Origin: Phoronis australis
Taxonomy: Eukaryota; Animalia; Phoronida
Direction: 5' to 3'
NCBI GenBank assembly: GCA_002633005.1
Contig: NMRA01000111.1
Coordinates: 875,152-919,475, forward strand
Length of the DNA stretch: 44,324 nucleotides
Shown here: positions 22,812-33,976 of the stretch, piece by piece
Position numbering within the stretch: position 1 is the first letter of the stretch
How the letters are laid out: the number at the start of each line of letters is the position of its first letter
Made by a program: the position numbers and the translations under genes
Notes under the pieces: generated by a model
The model's database searches: none
What the model saw: only the letters and a program-made list of their open reading frames with translations
Told to the model about the DNA's origin: nothing

Positions 22812-22952
22812 TACTGAAAAAAGCTTGTCTAACGAGACATTATATACATCCAGAATATCTGGGCTGGTCTGCGCATAAAGCTTCGAAGCTGCGTATCCGC
22901 TCGACTCATTGTTGCATGACGTCAAAAGCACAACAATATCGACGTGACGTCA
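22812..22952 (-). promoter_or_regulatory. Core promoter of FABP-like copy B: TATATAA (22846-22840), Inr-like TCAGTA (22817-22812), CREs (22917-22924, 22945-22952)
   Basis: Same arrangement and the same 28-nt CRE spacing as copy A. Confidence 0.65.
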
Positions 22953-23161
22953 TTGTTGCTATCCAGGGTCTTGACTTGATATAACCGGTACCTGTTAAAG
23001 TCGGATTCCAAAGTCGAATGAGACCTTAAAACCAGCAAAAATATAAAATGCACGAATTTTGTACAGTGGAGAAGCAGGTGCCTATGGCCTATTTTCGTCG
23101 CTGTGCCAATACATGTAAATATAACGCTTATATAAAAGCATTGACTGTACCATCTTTTCAA

Positions 23162-24904
23162 GGGGGGTGTATACACTGGTTAAATCTCCAGGTTGTTATC
23201 TCAAATAAGTATAAAGGGGGCTTTAACTAGTTAGAAATGACTCTGAAAGTGACAAAAATCGAAAAAAGTTTTTATTTTATTTCGTTTTTTTAATATCGAA
23301 TTTTTTAATTATCAAAAAATCCAACTTTACCTCGAATTTTTTTCATAATGCACAATGGATTATGATCAACGGTCTCCTTACGCAATATTCTACTTATCCA
23401 TACCAAATATATATACGAAATCATCATGGTCTTGATTTTATGGCATTTTTGCGTGCGAGTTGTGGCATTTGGTCACTTTCCGTCTAATAACTAAAAATCT
23501 GGTCGATGTATCAAAAAAACCATGACACGCGATTTTACTTCAGTTCTAGAGGATTTCAAATTTCGTAAAAGTTGACCAAGTGTTGCGAAAAAATAGTCCC
23601 GAGAATTTTGTCACAACCCTGAAATCACGAGCCGAGAAAAACGGCTCTGAAGTTAAGCGGGCATCGATTGCCACTTGAGGTCAAAATTCGTTCAGAATGC
23701 GCGATCATTATGTTCCAATTTCTGTTGATGTACCAGAAATAAAGCTGATATTTACTTCATGTTTAGAAAATATGACACACCTGTTTGTTTACAGCGTAAT
23801 TTTAATCATTTTTTTGAACTTGTGAAGCACGGTAGACGACCAAAACAAATATGGCNNNNNNNNNNNNNNNNNNNNNNNNNNNNNNNNNNNNNNNNNNNNN
23901 NNNNNNNNNNNNNNNNNNNNNNNNNNNNNNNNNNNNNNNNNNNNNNNNNNNNNNNNNNNNNNNNNNNNNNNNNNNNNNNNNNNNNNNNNNNNNNNNNNNN
24001 NNNNNNNNNNNNNNNNNNNNNNNNNNNNNNNNNNNNNNNNNNNNNNNNNNNNNNNNNNNNNNNNNNNNNNNNNNNNNNNNNNNNNNNNNNNNNNNNNNNN
24101 NNNNNNNNNNNNNNNNNNNNNNNNNNNNNNNNNNNNNNNNNNNNNNNNNNNNNNNNNNNNNNNNNNNNNNNNNNNNNNNNNNNNNNNNNNNNNNNNNNNN
24201 NNNNNNNNNNNNNNNNNNNNNNNNNNNNNNCGAACGAGCCCTCCCATTAGGCGAAGTGGGCAAAAAGGTCCGCATATCAGAGACAAAGAGTCCGTGAAAA
24301 TGGGACAAAAGTCCACTAAATAAGTGGTGCTCTCTGTTTTTTTTTAGTCCGCCCGCTCTTTTGTTAGCAAAATGTCCACAGCGTCAGTCAGGAATTCGAG
24401 CACACCCATACTGAAGGTTGGGTGTGCGCATAACACTCACAAATTTCTGCACTGACTCCTCAAGCTGAGTGCAGCGATGGCTTCGGTAGGACTTAGCGAA
24501 ATCAACTTAATTTTTTGCAGATGGACATACGGGCTCAGGCTCGGAACAAGAGTTCATTTCACCACCAACTTTCACATGGTCAAAATAGAATTATTTTGTT
24601 CTTGGTCTCGCTACAACATCAGCTGGGAGAGCACTCTCGATTGCCCGGTTACGCAATGCTTGTTGCCAGGATTAGATTAGAGCTAGTGTCTTTGTATAAG
24701 CTCCGCCCCACTTGTCAGTCACTGAGCTGATGAGTAGTCAAGCCACATGACTTACTCAAGCTTGGTCAAATATAATTAAAAAACAACTTTGGATTTTCAG
24801 AATGATTTTATTTTTCTTCACTATACTGTGCATCAAGAATTAAAGATTAGGATAACATAAAAATGTAAAAACAGTCAAAATTAATTTTTGTGCATACACC
24901 TACC
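23162..24904. mobile_element. TTAA-target (Kolobok-like) non-autonomous element upstream of copy B, spanning an N gap
   Basis: TIRs GGGGGGTGTATACAC / GTGCATACACCTACC; flanks TCAA/TTAA; the matching site in unit A is a single TTAA (7934-7937). Confidence 0.75.
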
Positions 24905-27079
24905 TTAAAGCGGCAATGTCTAAGCTGAAAAAGTTAGCAATGTTAGTTACGAATTACACAACTCCTCTTTATTTGCTCTACAAGATAAGAACAAATTTTG
25001 GGTAATGTGGGATAACGGCAAAGACTGGGACAGTTTCACACAAACAAAACTTGTTTGTAACCGTGAATTCTGTTACCTTTTAATAATGAACGTGTCTGGA
25101 AGCCCCGCATTCGGTTGCTCAATTGAGAAAACACAGTGTGCAAAAATAGAGCAGTGGACCAAATGTAGAACAAATATAAAACAAGCTGTTCGGTTTAGAA
25201 GTTTAAGAGGCATGAGATATTTCCTGGAAATATCTGCCACTTCTATCCTAGAATACTTCATCTGGAGGAAGTTTCTGGAAGGGGTTACATGGGGCGGACC
25301 TCTTGTATGGAAATTTGGAACGCAGGTGTCTTGTGAAGCCAATGGTGAACTACATAATATATGCCTACTTTACACATGGATTATCAAACAATGAAGTATT
25401 TTTATGTTTTCTAAACACACCTCAAATACAATATGGTGTGAGACAACAAACATTTATAGCCAAAATAAGCGCATACATTTTATGCAAAATATTAGGAAGT
25501 CAACAAGTCACAATGACACACTGAATCTCGTTTAGCTTATGTTTAAGGTGAAGTTTAACGATACTAGCCTTGCCGGTTCACGTATATTAAGATTTGTAAG
25601 AACAAAACAAATAGAATTTCTCTGATAGTGACAAGATAGAGATGTAAATACATGTGTTGTTCGAAGCCAGGGAGAGATTTTCAACGATATAGAGACAGGC
25701 GCCTATGTCATTTGAAACTTAGTAAACTATCATAGTGCAAAAAGCTTCGTGTTATATAAAAGCACAGAGCATTCATTTCAAGTCCCTGTAAAATGATCAA
25801 GTGACTTTTTAGACATGTACTGATGGTCTCGTATGATAGTAATTAGCGTTAAAAATTAATGTCAGGAGTAACCAAAGAGACGACACGCTTGAAGTTGACC
25901 AACAATATGATGTCTCTAACATGTCCAAAAGCCATTTGGCTATTTTACGGGAACTAAACATTTGGCGCTCGAGAAATCGAGACGAAAAGGGAAAAAGAAG
26001 TTCAGCAATTGTGATCATCATTTAATATACACATTACTAGTCAATACTGACACATTTAATTAACACTTCAAAAATTTTACAAAAATCGCTAAAGGTGAAC
26101 CTTGGAACACTTTTGTCGTTCATGCTGGTGGAAAAGGAGTAATGCTGAGTATGCCTGCCTGGTCGACGGTTTGCAAAAACGACGGATGACCTCGTTTACA
26201 CATCCAGGGTACTTATGTATCAATCGTTCAGAGCTATTTTTGAAATTGCTTCTGAAAAGAAAGACGAAATCTCTTTCTATGGCTTGTACTATTTTTAAAT
26301 AGGACAAGCCATAGGAAGAAATTTAAAAATACCTGAGTTCTATGGTACCCTATGTTACAACTCTAGCTAATTAGTTCTTGGCTCCTATATATACCACATT
26401 GTCCAGAGTTTCAGCCGGGGATGACGCAAGAAGAACACGGAAGTTTGAAGCCCGTGTAAGCGCTTACTTGCACGTGTTTCGCTTGAAATACGTATCCATA
26501 ACTTGCCGCGAGGTGCTCGCATCTGCCGATCACTCTCCATGTCTTATATTGATATTTTTCAGTTGGTCTTTTATTACGCCATAATTTGAGTGTTTGCAGG
26601 ACACCAGCAGCATTGCTCAAATTGTCACGTGTGGGTCTAATGGCATTAAGTAGTCAAACATAAAACTTTCATGCAACAGACCCCTGTTGTTATTAGTTTT
26701 CCCATCAGCGACATGATGAAATACGCTTTGTCGCTAATTGGCTGACGAGTGGTTCTGTAGTGGACAGCGCTCTGCGTCCTCTTGTTGGATATTTAATGAT
26801 GCAGCCGAGTAGTCTCTCAGCGCAATATTCTTGGCTTTGCAATAATCATGTTATCAAGTTGTCCGCGTTTTGTGATGGGACATTCAAATGATTTACACAA
26901 AAATGCCGATTGTACACTGGTGGTCTAGAGATTTGACTGTATTGCTGACGTTTCCGTCAGACACGTTGTCATTTACATTCCCACACGTTGCCATTCACAT
27001 CAATTAAGATTTTACGAAAGGAACTAAAGAGATGGATTTATTTCATTACGCTCTTCTTTTTAGAATCAGACGTGTATCT

Positions 27080-27935
27080 CGTAGGCGGATTTAGGGGGGG
27101 GGGGGGCAGGGTGACCCCCCACCTTGGCTGCCGCAAAAAATGAAACAGCAAGAGCGTAGGGAAATGTGGAGTTTATTAATTAACCCCGGTAATTAACATT
27201 GTACGGCTGAAACAAGATTTAAATGTGTGCAGTTTTAGTGTGCTCAGATCCAATTTCAAGTGTCAAATTCGGAACACGGCGCAATCGTAACGGATCTATG
27301 GCTAAGTATAGGCTCTCCCGCGATATCCCAGGCGACCGGCAGTGGCGCTGCGCACCACGACTCCGTTTCCGTCGTCTGCTTCACTGTGCAATGAAGAAAA
27401 TTTCTTCATTTTTTTAAAGAAAATGGAATCTGAGTGACGATGAAAAAACAGATGCTGCTGGTAAGATGTGAATTTTAATCGAAGCCTTAGTGAATCACTC
27501 AGAAACTCATAATTCTCTCTTTGTCAGACCTTAACTTAAGACGATTTCCAGAGCAATCGTGTCATTAATGCCAACACAAAAAACGGATTTGGTCTTTTGG
27601 GCCATTGAAGACTGTATTAAATGCAACAAATTTGTTACGAACTGATTGCACAAAATATAAAAAGTGTAATAAACATTAGAAAAAGAAGTTGGTTTGGCGC
27701 GCAAACGCTGTGGACCATATTCCATAAACAAGTAGGTCTCCAAGAATCGAAGTTCGAGTGGAATCGTGGTGGTGCAGTGGTAAAGCACGCGCGCTCTATC
27801 CACCAGGTCGTGAGTTCGAGTCTATGGTAACTGCGGTTTTTCAAGTTTGACACGTTCTCCGAGTTTTTTTTCTTGGATAATACTTCAGGAATCAAGGAAA
27901 ATCCTTGATTTTTAGAGGAAAAAACAGAAAAAATG
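27080..27935. mobile_element. Copy of the same family, right end truncated
   Basis: 27080-27240 matches 5156-5320 and ~27865-27935 matches 6057-6125. Confidence 0.7.
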
Positions 27936-29524
27936 TCTTTTGATAAAAAGCCCTTACACGTTTAGTGTCACGTGGATACGTGTTTTGTGTTTTCGGCCCT
28001 TTAGCCGAACCTCCCTGGTTCTCTGCGTGCCGCTAGGTGGTAACCAGCAAGCAGGTATCACTTAATTTTCTTCGGGATTTTTTTTTACACCGGCGTTTCT
28101 GATTGGCTGGTCGAATTATCAACAGGCAGCGATTTACGCAAACAAATTGCCATGACTGATGGAGGAAGTGTAAATGTGATCAGTTGTGCAGACAAATCGG
28201 TCCTTAAACTTTATGTTCAGGAAATGTGAATCCCAGAAATTGTGGTCACGCCTTTTCGGATTGCCATCTTTCTACTGTCGATGACTTTTGTTTACGATAT
28301 ACTGTCCTGCAATCTTACAGTATGAATGACACACCGGTCAAATCGGCCAGATATGTGTTTATTGTACATGGATGTGCTTCAGGCACGCGGCTATTAAATA
28401 TTACTGCAGAAACGAAATAGTTGCTCCTACGCCACTTGCATGACAAGGCTAAAAATCATCCATAGTCCGCCAATGACTGCTGAGGTTGCATCATAGATTA
28501 TAGACAACAGATGTACTATAGTTATGGTTACATCAACCAAAGCTAAAGCGTGTGCTACTGCATGATACCTGCGTGCTGGCTAGGCACGTCGGGAACCAGC
28601 GAGTAACCGAACATGCTTTACTATTATACAGTCAAGTTAAAAGAAAATTAGCGATAATTTTGATAATTGTTTATTTTCAAGAAATATCTTCGATTAAAAA
28701 TTCGTCAAATAATAAATAATCATAACCTATGCACAATAACAATTTGAACAAGACCACAAGAGTTTGCGGTCACGCCCGGTTAGTAGGCTACAGGGTGTTC
28801 AGCTCATGATAAACGCGGTCACGGAGTTGCTCGAAATTCAATAGATGGCGCTAAAGGAACAACAGCACTACCCACTTGCATTACAGTCATTAATGCGGCA
28901 TTCTTATTCCACGAATTCCTCCAGGCCATGCAGGTGAACAATTTTATGTTTCCAATCTGCTTATATTATAACCAGTGGATTCTTTATTAGTTAGCATCAC
29001 ATAATGAAAATCGAGTCTCGCCGCATTGGAAAAATCTAGTACGAAAGTGGATAAGGTTTTCGGCAATATAACTTCTTTTCGGACGCCATTGCGAAGTTTC
29101 GCATGCTTTTTGGTTGTAATAGGATATCACACTGGGTTGTGTTTCTCAAGGCTAGTTTTTCGCGAGTCTGGCGAAATCCCGCAAATATTTAAGAGACAAA
29201 CAAAGCACGTGATCGTTTTAACTTTCATTTGCGAGTATTTTGCGTCACAAAATGGGACCTTGCCAATGCACGCGTGATACGCCATTCTGACTTAAGCTGT
29301 AAACAAACTAAATTGGATGAAATGGAACTCACTTTGGTAAAAAAATTAAAGACAATTGCCATCCACGTTCTTTGTGAAAAAGAATTTTAAAAAATCTTTT
29401 ATTCTCTGCGCAGCTCCTCCTTTTGAATGATTCAACTGTACATAATACTTTAAGATGTGTAATAATAAATTATACACTGTACAAATATTGCCACGCAGAT
29501 CATTTAAATTCAGGCTATGTCTAT

Positions 29525-29868
29525 TTACACGTTAGACAACTTCGAACCCATTGTGTCACTGTTATATGAAAAATATCCCGGGTTCGACTCCGTATCGCAC
29601 AAATCTCCATTGCTGTCGTATTGGTAAACGTCTTCGAAATCGTCATTGCAGGGAATAGTGGTTTCACATTTGCCATTTTTTTCATCAAATTTCTGCTCTG
29701 TCGGAAATTTGTCCTCGCTAGTTCTCTTAATGTTGACGTCGTACATATAGTTATCACATGACCCGTCTTCGTCTTTTTGATATGAACGATATGTGGTCGA
29801 CATGATACTCTGTGGCGCATAGTTGCAAGACGTGGAGTACGTGTATGCTGAGCTCATCCTTTTGGAGC
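29525..29868 (-). CDS. Aquaporin coding exon 4 (cytoplasmic Tyr/acid-rich tail)
   Basis: Acceptor ttttcag|GC in the phase required by exon 3; continues into ORF 29525-29857, ending ...SKLSNV*. Confidence 0.8.
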
Positions 29869-32613
29869 CTGAAAATATAATAGGATCTTACGTCTTTTAA
29901 CACTTGTATAATGCATGAAGGTGCGACAGTGGTAGAGTTTGCGCACTTATAACATTGCTACATGTAGAGCAGGATGTATAAAATGTCAAGTAATATTTAA
30001 GTTGTTCCTGCGTCAGAAATGATACTGTTTCTGTTGGTGGCGGTGCCAAGCCGCAAAGTAAGTAAAGAGTGAATATACATATTCACTGTCATTGTTAGAG
30101 ATTGAAATTAAAAATACAGTGAAAGTTACTTTGAAGAAAAATAGCCTATGTAGCGGGAGCCTGTTTGACAAGATAGGCGATTCCTTTGACCTGAAAACAT
30201 ACCTCTTTCCATTTCGTCGAGGGCTTCTTTCACTGATTTTGCCCGTCGGTATGGATCAAAGATGAATTTATACAATATTCCAGCCATCAAACCTCCCAAC
30301 ATTGGACCAGCCCAGTAAATCCAATGGTTTGCCCAGAAGTTTTGAATAAATGCTGGACCAAAACATCTGGCAGGGTTTATACCGGCTCCAGTCCATTTCA
30401 TCTGTAAAAACACAAATAACAATGAGGTTCTTTGGAATGAACGCAAGCACGAGAACTAGTGATTCTAATGTTTTCGAATTCAAGACACGGTCTTTTGTTA
30501 GAATACACTAAACGATTCTAGCGAACAAAGTAAATATTCAGATAGTCCGGGAAAACATCCGACGGATTGTTTACAGCAGAAATGAAATACTTACGCCAAT
30601 CAGATGGGCCAGCATGACAGCCACGCCTATTGGCCCCGACGGACCCCCAAGGGCTTTGTGGTTGGGGTTGTAGGTGACTTCAACTGTTAACACGACCAGG
30701 AAAGACAAGATAAGCTCAATTCCAAAGCCTTGCTCAACTGTCCCATTACGAATGTAAGCGACACCAAGAATTTTTCTATAAGGCTCTGGGGCAATTCTGA
30801 AAAACAATAGCTGGAATTACTGCATTGCCTACTGAATTGTATCTGATAATATGGGTTATTCAAGACTCGGAGAGGGAGATAAATCTTACCCACAATACAC
30901 GTAATTAAAAAGAATTGTTGAACATTAGGAAAATAAGCACTGGTGTGATTGTTGAGTTGTGCGTTTTGATATCGAAGCGTATCAGTTACAGAATTCAGTC
31001 AATCACACTCGTAACGTGATAGGGCCCATTGTTATCCCGTGATGGCTTCGCCGAAAGGTATTGTCACCTAGAAGGGTAAAGACAAAACTAATGTTTTGAT
31101 AAGTAGTCTAGGGAATTACTGTCAATGTATTGGAAAATGAAATAATAACAAACATTGAAATTCTAACATGAGTTATGTTGCTAAATATACAGACATGTCA
31201 CAATGAAATTGTTTGCATATTTTGTTGATGTTTGATAGTCTTTAAGAAAACTTTTGAGAATGTGATAACTTTGCCCTTGAGGACCTGCCACTTGTGATTG
31301 GTCTGTCACCTGCTGCGCAAATTGACTGGCAGGACAGAGGCATTTTGTCTTTGAGAATCTCTCACAAACATTTTGAATTTGGACCCTTTCTTTCACAACA
31401 AAGGCAGGTAACTTGGCCGCCAGAAGGCATAGACACGTCACACGGCAGAGGGAAGTCGACAGTTATTGTCAAGTTGATAATAAGACTATCAACTTTTTCA
31501 AGATTCATCACTTGTAAGTTGGTGAAATAAAATACAAAGGAAAATGTATCCTCGCTCTGCAATAAATAGTGTTCCGGTTAGTGTGCGCTAAGACATGAGA
31601 AGGCGACGAGTATTTCAGAGGAAATATGATTAGTAAAATGACTCAGTGATTAAGGACGCGTCATGTAGCACAGGGGCATTTCTTCTATATCAAAGGCGCG
31701 GTGTCTTTCATCAGGACCCCTATTTGTCGCGCCAATACGGCTAATTAGGCGTCAATGTAAAAAATTTACCCAAATAGAAAGAACAGATAGCCTGAAGGCA
31801 TAGCTCTTTTTGATGAGATTTACCTTTTGTCACGATGTGTTTTGATTTCAAGCAAGCAGAACACTTTCAACAAAAGAATGGTACCCAGAAAACATGAGTA
31901 ACATATCCTCCATACGCCTTCTTAGTCTAAACGCCCAACAACAGTAATAAACAAGTCTCAATCATACTTTGCCTGATCGACAGTAATTAATACAGCATTA
32001 GAAATTCTTCCATAAGCATTTGTCTGCTCGCCTGAAATTTCATTCAACATCATGTTTCATTCGCTTTTATTCGAATATTAAGTATCCGCACAAAATAGTG
32101 TCTGCCACAAAATACCTACCCATAGAGAAGAGCAGCGCCAGCAATTCCTCCGCTGCACTGAGCCAACAGGTACATGAATCCTCTTACAGGAGAAATTCTA
32201 AGAGCAACTGTTTCCGCCAGAGTCACAGCGGGGTTGAAATGGGCCCCGGAAATATGATGAAAGCACTGTACCAGTGTAGCTGTGGCGAGTCCAAAACACA
32301 ACGACGTCCAAATGCAAAATATTAAACTTTCCATTTCCGTTTGAGGATCTGCTCGCGGCCAGGCGAGAAGCGAGGAACAGCCCAACAGGACGTACAATGT
32401 TGTTGCAAGACACTCACAGACGACGGCTCGCCATAGTTCGATGGATTTGATCTCCTGGGCCACATTCTGTGGGCGATGCCTGTTCAGACGCACTCTGTCG
32501 ATTTGCTTTGCCAACTGGATGAAATAGGTCTCCATGTTGTACGGCGTGTTCATGTTACCAAGTTTGTTCAGTCGGTAGTTGGTGTACTTCAAAGTGCTCG
32601 ATTTTTCAGACAT
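29525..32613 (-). CDS. bib: Aquaporin (MIP family), Big brain-like/AQP4-grade; 4 coding exons 32613-32120, 30796-30595, 30401-30203, 29868-29525; 412 aa
   Basis: Both MIP boxes are present ([12 protein letters not shown]; [14 protein letters not shown]), plus HWIYWAGP. The segments [28 protein letters not shown] and [15 protein letters not shown] closely resemble Drosophila Big brain as recalled. Introns are GT-AG with matching phases 2,0,1; total 1239 nt. The aquaporin call is firm; bib orthology is inference. Confidence 0.9.
30203..30401 (-). CDS. Aquaporin coding exon 3 (second NPA, TM6)
   Basis: Acceptor tttttacag|ATG, donor AGAG|GTATGT; [10 protein letters not shown]...HWIYWAGP. Confidence 0.93.
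30595..30796 (-). CDS. Aquaporin coding exon 2 (loop C, TM4-TM5)
   Basis: Acceptor ttttcag|A, donor GGC|GTAAGT; [14 protein letters not shown] and [12 protein letters not shown] motifs. Confidence 0.93.
32120..32613 (-). CDS. Aquaporin coding exon 1 (N-terminus, TM1-TM3, first NPA)
   Basis: ORF 32116-32613; donor TATGG|GTAGGT. Confidence 0.93.
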
Positions 32614-32678
32614 GAATAAACTAGATCTCCGAAGAGTGGTGCGTTACGTAATAGAGCGCAAATGGCACTTTTCAGAAT

Positions 32679-32807
32679 CTGAAAAAGAAAGCTCGGAATC
32701 AAAACACAACTTACAATAATTCTAACAATAAACATATTGCAAACGAATAAAACAACAAGTAACTATTCTCCTGTATCTGCCGTCCTCTCAAACCTTGTCC
32801 GACTTAC
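32679..32807 (-). other. Candidate 5'UTR intron of the aquaporin gene
   Basis: Consensus donor AAG|GTAAGT at 32807 and strong acceptor TTTCTTTTTCAG| ending 32679, 65 nt before the ATG. An alternative donor AAG|GTGAGT lies at 35495. Confidence 0.45.
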
Positions 32808-33759
32808 CTTTAAACACCCCCTAATGAAACTAATATTCATGTAGCATTCTTTGAGAGGCACTGAGCACGAACGTTGCTAATATGAGAAGTCTCTCGATGA
32901 GGAACCAGATATTATAATTACAGCAACGCAACATTAGACGGTGACTGACGGATGAACTATAGAGCAATCGTTTACAGATTTCACGCAGGCGAAACCCATA
33001 TGAACGGGAGCCAAAATACGAGAACAAAAATCTATTCAAAATATGCTTTGGTGATTAGTAAGTCGTAAACTGTTTTGTCAACAGGCTTTGTTCGTTTGCG
33101 TGCGCCGTTGAAAGCGGTACCTGTGGTTAGAATGGCTACAGTAGGCGAGAAATCCATACCACAATTCATGATAACGGGTGAAAACTGAGGACCAAAAAGA
33201 CCGACTGTCTTCTGATTTTTATCTGCTCAAAGGATCGTGCAAACTGCTCATGTTAATTATAATTTGCACTGCGGATAGCGTAAGACATTGTGACTCGCGA
33301 CAGTCTGGCGGCGATCGGTTTTGAAGAGCCAGCACAACTACTATGCCCGAGTTGTTTACGAAGGTATTTGTACACACCAAATTTATCGGAGTGGAAATTA
33401 TATAAAGGTTCATATTCCAGATGTATGTAAACATAGAACAAAAAAAAATCAGATAAGATATAACAAGTATAACATTTTCATGAGTTCGTTTTCAGCGGCT
33501 TTCTTTCATCCCTAGCGACATTACAAGGCAGCCGAAGCAAACTTTACGGTAACTTTGAATAAGTTAATTAGGCGGGAGTCCATACTCGATTATTAAAGAA
33601 TAACTAGTTTTGTATTTCTAATCAAATCCGATCAATTTTCTCATTTGTGTCCGAATGTTTATTTATTTTGCCATTAATTTCTAGACGCTGTGTTGTGCCA
33701 CGTTCAATCAGTGATGACAGCAACTACACATTTTTACGAGGAGTAGCAGGCGATCAGGG

Positions 33760-33890
33760 GTATTACACCACATGGACAGCAGACGACCCGGGATATTACT
33801 CCACATGGACATCTTAATCCGTGTATGACTTAGCAGACGACCCGGAGACGGAGTATTAAACCACATGGACACCTTGTTCCGTCTATGACT
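33760..33890. repeat. Short imperfect tandem repeat
   Basis: Three tatta..ccacatggac units and two agcagacgacccgg units. Confidence 0.6.
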
Positions 33891-33930
33891 TCTAATGTTA
33901 ACTATGGAGTAACTTAGGCTAATTTAGAAC

Positions 33931-33976
33931 AAAGATTTTCTTTTGAGTTGAGTAAAGATTTTCTTTTGAGTTGAGT
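33931..33976. repeat. Perfect 23-bp tandem duplication
   Basis: aaagattttcttttgagttgagt x2. Confidence 0.8.

Larger units (their letters stand above)
18370..25600. repeat. Segmental tandem duplication, unit B
   Basis: Direct-orientation homologue of ~3040-9030. Confidence 0.85.

Noticed and set aside
23759-24316. ORFs of 148-175 aa
   Set aside because: Artefacts of translating the N gap.
29581-29591. B-box-like GGTTCGACTCC
   Set aside because: Antisense to aquaporin exon 4 with no clear A box; treated as chance.
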